From Octopus sinensis (Eukaryota): DNA of 6,850 nt. Positions 1 through 6,167 of this stretch are shown here, one piece after another. The notes beneath the pieces were generated by a model, which saw only the letters and a program-made list of their open reading frames with translations, was not told where the DNA came from and made no database searches. The position numbers and the translations under genes were made by a program. Numbering within the stretch: the stretch's first letter is position 1; the number at the start of each line of letters is the position of its first letter. The stretch lies in the NCBI RefSeq assembly GCF_006345805.1, contig NW_021829160.1:1-6850 (forward strand). Reading direction: 5' to 3'.

Positions 1-4
1 TGGG

Positions 5-167
5 TTTACTTGTTTATAAATTTCGACTGCGGCAATGCTGGAGCACGGCCTTCAAGAATTTTTAGTCGAATGAAGCGACCCCTGTACTTTTCTTTTTCTT
101 TTAAGACAGGTACATATTCTATCGGTTTTTTTGCCGACCCGCTAAGTTACGTGGACGTAACCACAGC
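5..167 (-). mobile_element. Family B SINE, copy B1, 3' half (interrupted by SINE A1)
   Basis: The reverse complement reads ...GTTACGTCCACGTAACTTAGCGGGTCGGCAAAAAAACCGATAG...GTGCTCCAGCATTGCCGCAGTC...AAACAAGTAAA. It is colinear with the 3' half of the plus-strand copy at 3470-3620. Confidence 0.9.
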
Positions 168-407
168 AATACCTATTTCTTTACTACCCACAAGGGGCTA
201 AACACGGAGAAGACAAACAAGGACAGACAGACGGATTAAGTCGATTATATCTACCCCAGTGCGTAACTGGTACTTAATGTATCGATCCCGAAAGGATGAA
301 GGGCAAAGTCGACCTCGGCGGAATTTGAACTCAGAACGTAGAGACAGACGAAATACCGCTCAGCATTTCGCTCGGTGTGCTAACGATTCTGCCAGCATCG
401 CCGCCTT
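168..407 (-). mobile_element. Family A tRNA-derived SINE, copy A1, full length (about 240 bp)
   Basis: On the minus strand there is an A-box-like TGGCAGAATCGT (rc 383-394) and a B-box-like GAGTTCAAATTCC (rc 320-332). It is colinear with copy A2 (1147-1383). A 16-bp direct repeat with 1 mismatch flanks it (158-173 and 408-423). It probably belongs to the OK/OR1/OR2 SINEs described from Octopus vulgaris, but I cannot say which. Confidence 0.92.
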
Positions 408-718
408 TAACCACACCAATACCGGTGGTCAAATTGTCAAGGGGACAAACACTGACCCAAAGGCACACACTCACGCACATGTACACATCCACATATATAT
501 ATATATATATGTGGATGTGTACATGGCCTTTGGGTCAGTGTTTCTTTTAGTTTCCGACGGGATTCTTTTAGTTTCCGTTTACCAAATCCACTCGCAAGTC
601 TTTGGTCAGCCCGAGGCTATAGTAGAACACACTTGCCCAAGGTTCCACACAGTGGGACTGAACCCGGAACCGCGTGGTTATGAGGCAAGCTTCTTAGCAC
701 ACAGCTGCCTGTGTGCCT
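408..718 (-). mobile_element. Family B SINE, copy B1, 5' half (tRNA-like head, CORE-like segment, rearranged microsatellite)
   Basis: The minus strand has GGTTCAGTCCC (B-box-like, rc 654-664) followed by CCTTGGGCAAGTGTGTTCTACTATAGCCTCGGG, matching 3279-3333. It joins 5-167 seamlessly once A1 and one TSD copy are removed. Confidence 0.9.
447..543. repeat. Long palindrome / fold-back inside B1
   Basis: There is a perfect 48-bp palindrome at 478-525 centred on (TA)n. Perfect 18-bp outer arms lie at 447-464 and 526-543, and 465-477 is unpaired. Confidence 0.97.
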
Positions 719-795
719 AACTATCATTAATGCCTATTTCAGTATTTACTGTCAAAAATGGAGGATGAAGTTGCTCAACATCGGTGGCAAAACGT

Positions 796-995
796 GAATT
801 ATTCAATAAAATCGATAAAAAGGACAGTGAACATGGCATGGAGAGTGGAAAATCCAGCGCTTTGGACAGTGTCCTTCTTGGAGGATGTAAAACTCCTCTA
901 CTTCTCGTTAATTTCTCTCAATCCGAAACGTTAGATTTTTCATACCCTGCATCAAGTTTCCTGCGCTTTTTTTTATCGATCTTACTAAATATTTC
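796..995. repeat. Imperfect 26-bp inverted repeat, possibly an old MITE or fold-back remnant
   Basis: 796-821 GAATTATTCAATAAAATCGATAAAAA matches the rc of 970-995, GAAATATTTAGTAAGATCGATAAAAA, at 22/26 positions. No TSD found. Confidence 0.5.
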
Positions 996-1066
996 AATAC
1001 TTGGTCACGTTCGACTCTTATTGATTCGTTAAAACTTCGGGAGGTAAAAATGCCAAAATAATTTGC

Positions 1067-1152
1067 AGTATTTATTCTACTTCCGAAAGGATGAAAGGCA
1101 AAGTCGACCTCGGCGGAATTTGAATTCACAACGTAACTGCAGACGAAATACC
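1067..1152 (-). mobile_element. Family A SINE, partial copy A3, fused in tandem to A2
   Basis: 1083-1152 is 69/70 identical to 1267-1336, and similarity decays toward about 1067. Confidence 0.92.
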
Positions 1153-1383
1153 TATTTCTTTATTACCCACAAGGGGCTAAACATAGAGGGGACAAACACG
1201 GACAGACATAGGTATTAAGTCGATTATATCGACCCCAGTGCGTAACTGGTACTTAATTTATCGACCCCGAAAGGATGAAAGGCAAAGTCGACCTCGGCGG
1301 AATTTGAACTCACAACGTAACTGCAGACGAAATACCGCGAAGCATTTTGCCCGGCGTGCTAACGATACTGCCATCTCGCCGCC
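1147..1383 (-). mobile_element. Family A tRNA-derived SINE, copy A2, full length
   Basis: Colinear with 168-405. On the minus strand it starts GGCGGCGAGATGGCAG, has a B-box-like GAGTTCAAATTCC and ends TAAAGAAATAGGTATT. Confidence 0.92.
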
Positions 1384-2244
1384 CTGTATCGTGTCTGCAA
1401 ACAATGATGATGGCATTTTTTTTTATAAGTTTCGATGACGAGGGAGAGATTTTGTGACGGCTGAAGGCGATTGAAATTTCCTATTTCACTGCAGAGTAAC
1501 GTTTCTGACCACTCTCTTATTGCGTTAAGATTAACACTGAAGTTACTCCATGATCCCGATATGTATAAATCATATACAACCATAGTTTCCGACCATTTTA
1601 AATCATAAACGACTGTTTCTATCATTCTCATCTCCCGTTTTATGTTCTAGGTGGGGGGAAAAAAGGTGATATCTAACTTATTATAAAACCAAAATCCAAA
1701 TATCTAAGCAGCTTTTGCAAATACAGTATTCATGTATGATATTTTAATTGAAAACGACTTCCTTTCCTATGCTTATCTCTTGCTTTCTGTTCCATAGAAT
1801 ATATCTCCAGCTTGAGCTTTATCAAATGTTTTCTCTCTTTTTTTTATTGTTTGCTAAATCTAAACAGCTTTTATATGTATTCATGTAGAATATTCCAATT
1901 ATAAAGGGATTCTTTTAAATCAGATTTCTCTCCGACAACTTTATACCACTACTGAGCGATAGAAACATATTCTGTACGATAGTTTGATAGTAAATTGTTT
2001 CCTTTAAACCCTTGTTTTCAGTTATGAAATAAAACAGTGCATTCTGCGTGATTTTGGTGGCGGGGGAGTGTTAACCCTTAGCCTGTCTTGTACGTCACAT
2101 GTGGTACGCATCAAATATTTCTCTGGGGACCATGAATTAAATATGATGCAGATTACCAATTTTTTTTTCTCCAACGATCACGGTAACTTGTGACTTAAGA
2201 AAAAGAAAGCTTTTTAATGTTCAGAAAGTATGAAACAAGGCCTT

Positions 2245-2269
2245 GATAGATAGATGAAGAGAGACAGAC

Positions 2270-2331
<62 letters not shown>

Positions 2332-2587
2332 GGAGAGAGAGACAGGCAGACAAACAGGCAGGCATGCAGGCACACAGACAAGGCCTAGATAGATAGATGA
2401 AGAGACAGACAGATAGTCATGTTGGCGTATAATTTAGATACATACGTACATACATACATACATACATACATACATACATACACACATATATAGATAGATA
2501 CATACATAGATAGAGAGAGAGACAGACACACACAAACACACACAGGCAGGCAGGCAGGCAGACACATAGATGAATACATAGACACAC

Positions 2588-2638
<51 letters not shown>

Positions 2639-2789
2639 CAGACAGAAAGGCAGACAGGCAGCCACGCAGCCAACCAGACAGGCAGGCAGCAGGCAACAGC
2701 AGACAGACAGGCGGCAGGCAGACAGACAGACAGCAGAACAGACAGACGACAGACAGACAGACAGACAGACTATATAGATAGATAGATAT
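2245..2789. repeat. Compound microsatellite tract
   Basis: (GATA)15 at 2271-2330, (CATA)8 at 2449-2480, (GATA)12 at 2589-2636 and degenerate CAGA/CAGG repeats at 2637-2770. Confidence 0.98.
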
Positions 2790-2931
2790 GTTTCTTTATA
2801 GCCACACAGGGCTGCACAACAGATAGAACCAATTACAAGGTAGAGCTTTCTTTTGAAGTTTAAAAAAAAAAAAAAAAAAAAGGAAGGGGGGTTTCGATCA
2901 AAGGGATCGTAAAAAGGAGAGAAAGAGGACA
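2790..2931 (-). mobile_element. Short 5'-truncated retro-insert, probably a LINE 3' UTR end, within a GATA array
   Basis: A 142-bp non-microsatellite island (containing A20 at 2862-2881) flanked by the direct repeat AGATAGATAT (2780-2789 and 2932-2941). Its minus-strand 3' end CAGCCCTGTGTGGCTATAAAGAAAC resembles the family A tail. The LINE identity is inferred. Confidence 0.6.
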
Positions 2932-2932
2932 A

Positions 2933-2939
2933 GATAGAT

Positions 2940-3014
<75 letters not shown>
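2933..3014. repeat. (GATA)n microsatellite
   Basis: Two units, a TA interruption at 2941-2942, then (GATA)18 at 2943-3014. Confidence 0.98.
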
Positions 3015-3016
<2 letters not shown>

Positions 3017-3225
3017 TGTATATTGCATCTTTGTATACAATTAATACCAAACGAATGTCTATGTTGATGCGAGCAGATACAAACACACTCTCGGCATTCT
3101 CTCCTTTATTAATCCTGGAATGGAAGCTTGCTCCTACACAGATACGGGCTCATTGCAGAAGTTTTGAGACAGCCAGTTATAACTATCCTCGATTATTGTA
3201 ATTTTAGTATATCATTAGTATACAA

Positions 3226-3640
3226 GGTGCAGGAGTGGCTGTGTGGTAAGTAGCTTGTTTACCAACCTCATGGTTCCGGGTTCAGTCCCACTGCGTGGCA
3301 CTTTGGGCAAGTGTCTTCTACTATAGCCTCGGGCCGACCAAAGCCTTGTGAGTGGATTTGGTAGACGGAAACTGAAAGAAGCCCGTCGTATATATGTATA
3401 TGTATATATAAGTGTGCGTGTATGTTTGTTTGTCTGTGTTTGTCTCCCTACCATTGCTTTACAACCGATGCTGGTGTGTTTATTCCCCCATCACTTAGCA
3501 GTTCGGCAAAAGAGACCAATTGAAGAAGTACTGGGCTTACAAAGAATAATCCCGGGATCGAGTTGCTCGATTAAAGGTGGTGCTCCAGCATGGCCGCAGT
3601 CAAATGACTGAAACAAGTAAAGAGAAAGAGATAAAGAGAA
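3226..3640 (+). mobile_element. Family B SINE, copy B2, full length (CORE-SINE-like, about 415 bp)
   Basis: A-box-like TGGCTGTGTGG (3236-3246) and B-box-like GGTTCAGTCCC (3279-3289). TTGGGCAAGTGTCTT...GCCTC resembles the MIR/CORE domain as I recall it. There is an internal (TA)/(TG) tract at about 3389-3440, a 3' hairpin CAGTC-AAAT-GACTG (3597-3610) and an AAAGAG-type tail. Confidence 0.93.
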
Positions 3641-3754
3641 TCGAATAAGCCGACCTGCCAATTTTTTTTATATTCTAGATGAAATGAGATAGATGTAACA
3701 GCGCGTGGAACACACCCTACTAAACACTGTCACAGCCGATTAGTTTTTTGCAGA

Positions 3755-4260
3755 ATGCAGTCAGGACATAAAGACAATTTAGAACCTCACTATGCTATAA
3801 AGGTTTGTGTTAAACTGGGCAAAAATGCTACAGGTACTTATGGAATGATCCAGACTACTTATGGATTAACTTGTATGAATGGAACATTTGTTTTTTTACT
3901 GACACAAGAAGCCGACAAAGTAAGTACACCTGCTTGTGATGATCCCATTTTTTTTTTTACAGCAATGGCATTGTATACATCTATTGAGTTCCCTTTGGCC
4001 ACACGATCTACAAAGAGTGCTTTGTGAAGGTTTTGGGAGGTTCAGAAAGATATTTTGTTGTAAGAAGGCCAGAGCAACCGCACCAGGACAATTCACGAGT
4101 TCACAATTCTATCTTGGTAACCAAAAACTTAAGAGAGGTAAGCAACAAACTGTCCCTACAGTCCAGGCCTTGCTCCCTGTGACTTTGATTTTTACTTCAC
4201 ACGAAGTAACTGATACGCTACAACGAATGCGTTGACGTTAGAGGATGCTACTTTGAAAGA
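3755..4260 (+). pseudogene. Mariner transposase pseudogene fragments
   Basis: The N-terminal HTH-like YAIKVCVKLGKNATGTYGMIQT lies in 3755-3895. A large deletion follows that removes the linker and first catalytic Asp region. Then come MIPFF and YSNGIVYIY*VPFGHT (TGA at 3985-3987 where Trp is expected), HQDN (4081-4092), PYSPGLAPCDF (4154-4186; the mariner YSPDLAPxD motif) and RYNECVDVRGCYFE (4216-4257). Several frameshifts are present. Confidence 0.92.
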
Positions 4261-4294
4261 GAATTAAGAAATGTCTCACCTGGAATGCACCTTG

Positions 4295-4573
4295 TGTGTG
4301 TGCGCACGTGCGCGCCTGTAGGTGGGGACATGTGTGTGTTTGTGTCTGTGTTGTGTTTGTCTTTTCAAACATCACTTGGCAACAGGTGTTCGAGTGTTTA
4401 CGTCCTCGTAATCTAGAAGTTCAGCAAAAGAGATCAATAGAATATCAGTATCGGGCTAAAAGAGAAAAATGCTGGAATCGATTTGTTCGACGAAATTCTT
4501 CTAAGAGCTGCTCCAGCATGGTTGTAGTCCAATGACTGAAACAAGTAAAAGATAAAAGACAATAGATAAAAGA
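4295..4573 (+). mobile_element. Family B SINE, copy B3, 3' half only, starting at the (TG)n tract
   Basis: Colinear with 3420-3640, including GTGTTTACGTCCTCGTAA and CTCCAGCATGGTTGTAGTCCAATGACTGAAACAAG. TAAAAGA occurs three times (4546, 4553, 4567). Confidence 0.9.
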
Positions 4574-5129
4574 CACCATTCTGTGATAAGTCTGACAATC
4601 ATCAATAGAAGGCATTGATCTATTGATCTGCACTTCTGATATATATGTCGTCTCCATTCAATGTCAAAATAAATTAGACTTCAAATATTTGAACGTGATG
4701 CATCTATGAAGCTTTGTCTTTGGTATTTTGACGGAAACTGTTCGCTAGAAGGAATCAAAAATCCGAAAAATGATGCAGCTGTGTGTTTGCATTGTAGCCA
4801 TCTACCGTTTGTCTTCCAATAATATCTGGCCGTAATTCATGATTCCTTTGCACAAGAATATCAGGATTTATAGACCACAAAGGATTCTAGAGAACATCTC
4901 TTGCCTCTTCTTTCTCATCTTCGACAATTCAATAAACATTGATGACTTTAAGGAACAGTTTACGAGGAAGAATTCTTCGATGCGTAATATGTTCGCTTAC
5001 TGAGATTGTTGAAATACCGAAATCTTTTACCCAAATATTTTATTGCGAAAGCAACTTCATGCCCCACAATAAAAATTCCGTTGTATCTATGAGAATTACG
5101 AATTCTATTCGATATATACGAGCAAGCAA

Positions 5130-5186
5130 GCGTGGCTTTGCATTTAAGGAACTCACCTTGCTAAAAGATGGTTTCGGGTTCAGTCC
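5130..5186 (+). mobile_element. Degenerate family B-like tRNA-derived head fragment
   Basis: GCGTGGCTTTG...ATGGTTTCGGGTTCAGTCC matches the spacing and B-box region of 3234-3288. There is no downstream CORE segment. Confidence 0.6.
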
Positions 5187-5201
5187 TTTATAACGCTAGA
5201 T

Positions 5202-5362
5202 AATAACTTTTGAAATGTGGGAATATTTACCCATTTCTCTAAAGCTGCCGTCAAAGTTATTCTCCCAAGTTCGAGATTTTTTAATCCCTCTAAAATATGT
5301 CAACGCAAACGCGGTTCCAATATTTATTTATAAAAATGTTCTCACATTTCAAAAGCGTTATT
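5202..5362. repeat. Imperfect inverted repeat about 160 bp across, possibly part of a non-autonomous DNA transposon
   Basis: 5207-5228 CTTTTGAAATGTGGGAATATTT matches the rc of 5334-5355, CTTTTGAAATGTGAGAACATTT, at 20/22 positions. It extends by AATAAC after a 2-nt gap. Confidence 0.55.
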
Positions 5363-5628
5363 TAACATTATAAAAACGGGATTGGTTGTCAAGGATCATT
5401 TAACTGACTGGTACTGAGCCCGTCCTCCAGCATTTCAGAGTGTAAAGTTTGATTCTCTGTAACAAGTTGCTTGCTTTTACAACCCTCACCCTTTACAGGG
5501 GTAGTTTTACCCGATTTCTAAACCTGTTTTCGCAGCTACTTTCCTGTGTCCGAGATTATCTTTATTTCTAAAAAATTTCAACTCACTCGATGCTTGAATG
5601 TTTATAAAAATATATATTTATACACGCG

Positions 5629-5676
5629 CACACACACACACACACACACATACACACACACACACACACTCACACA
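5629..5676. repeat. (CA)n microsatellite, interrupted
   Basis: Read directly from the sequence. Confidence 0.98.
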
Positions 5677-5885
5677 AAATGTGACCGCATGTGTATCGTT
5701 GGCGATTTTTTCCCTCCGTCTTCCCTTCCTTGGATCTTTCCGTTTCCTATGTTTCTGACGAAGAGCTCCGCTCGAAACGTTAAAATCCTCCTTCTTTCTT
5801 TCCTTTCCTGAGCGTCCAATAACACTATACTTGTTACACGTCCTCGCGTTGTTGTTTTCTCTTTGTGTTTTCGTGTTTGGATTAA
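5677..5885 (+). mobile_element. Pyrimidine-rich roughly 210-nt element with a hammerhead motif; probable Penelope-like pLTR fragment or retrozyme-like monomer
   Basis: Bounded by (CA)n and (TA)n and contains the motif at 5752-5784. The class assignment is inferred from the known association of minimal hammerheads with Penelope-like elements. Confidence 0.6.
5752..5784 (+). ncRNA. Minimal type I hammerhead ribozyme motif
   Basis: TTT-CTGACGA-A-GAGC-TCC-GCTC-GAAA-CGT-T-AAA. The core boxes are CUGAnGA (5755-5761) and GAAA (5774-5777). Stem II is GAGC/GCTC, helix III is the palindrome ACGU (5777-5780), the putative cleavage site is after GUU (5781), and stem I is 3 bp (5752-5754 with 5782-5784). 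Confidence 0.75.
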
Positions 5886-5952
5886 ATATATATATCTATA
5901 TATATATATATATTATATATATATATATATAATATGTATATATAATATATAT
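5886..5952. repeat. (TA)n microsatellite, interrupted
   Basis: Read directly from the sequence. Confidence 0.97.
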
Positions 5953-6167
5953 CCGTTTAGTTAGTGCTGACTGTCAGAGAAAATAGTACTTGAATCCATA
6001 GTAATATTTTACTTTGGTCGAGACAGTCACTTACCACTCAAACTTTCGCCAGTGGGAGTACATAGTTTTCAGACAAATTACAACTGTAGATTGAATCGTA
6101 ACTTATCTGAAGACTCTGGACAGGCACGGACGAAACACGACCAAAATAACATCTTGGGTCATGCATC

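Larger units (their letters stand above)
3223..4294 (+). mobile_element. Decayed, internally deleted mariner (Tc1/mariner) element, with SINE B2 inserted at its left end
   Basis: Transposase remnants lie at 3755-4260. ACAAGGTGCA (3222-3231) is the exact rc of TGCACCTTGT (4286-4295), and there is a TA at 3221-3222. The left boundary is less certain than the transposase call. Confidence 0.7.

Noticed and set aside
753-934. CAAAAATGG start context with a 58-codon ORF (MEDEVAQHRW...), preceded by a TTTCAG acceptor-like site
   Set aside because: No recognisable protein similarity, it is wedged between SINEs, and such motifs are common in AT-rich DNA. RNA-seq would be needed.
259-1438. Two ORFs with similar N-termini (MRNWYL...RPRRNLNS at 259 and 1238) that look like paralogous genes
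   Set aside because: Both are antisense read-throughs of family A SINE copies, and the similarity is at the DNA repeat level.
1566-1628. Imperfect roughly 33-bp tandem duplication (TAAATCATA...GTTTC), which causes the repeated ETxVVYDL in the minus-strand ORF
   Set aside because: Short, degenerate and AT-rich, with no sign of function.
2022-2089. Possible 68-nt exon (polypyrimidine tract plus CAG at 2019-2021, GTACGT at 2090; YEIKQCILRDFGGGG)
   Set aside because: The peptide is not recognised and splice-like motifs alone are weak evidence. It cannot be excluded without transcript or homology data.
2071-2110. TTAACCCTT resembling a piggyBac left end
   Set aside because: I found no matching AGGGTTAA right end in the window, and 9 nt is within chance.
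2245-3014. Repeat blocks separated by unique-looking islands, superficially like a CRISPR array
   Set aside because: The repeats are 4-nt microsatellites of variable length with no constant repeat-spacer period and no cas genes, in a eukaryotic context.
2385-3086. Long minus-strand ORFs (207, 103, 79 and 62 aa)
   Set aside because: They are translations of (TATC)n, (TATG)n and (TGTC)n giving YLSI, MYVC and CLSV repeats. They stay open only because the repeats lack stops.
3226-3300. tRNA-like sequences (also 320-405, 654-718 and 1299-1383)
   Set aside because: A and B boxes are present but no convincing cloverleaf, and each continues into a SINE body. They are SINE heads, not tRNA genes.
3577-3620. 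Family B tail as a possible HDV-like, twister or pistol ribozyme
   Set aside because: I could not map the required pseudoknots or conserved cores. Only a simple 5-bp hairpin is supported.
3755-4235. ORFs 3755-4027 and 3936-4235 as intact CDSs
   Set aside because: Transposase motifs are spread over different frames, with a stop and a large deletion. Reported as a pseudogene.
4730-4740. GACGGAAACTG matching family B (3364-3374)
   Set aside because: An 11-nt match without convincing colinear flanks, so possibly chance.
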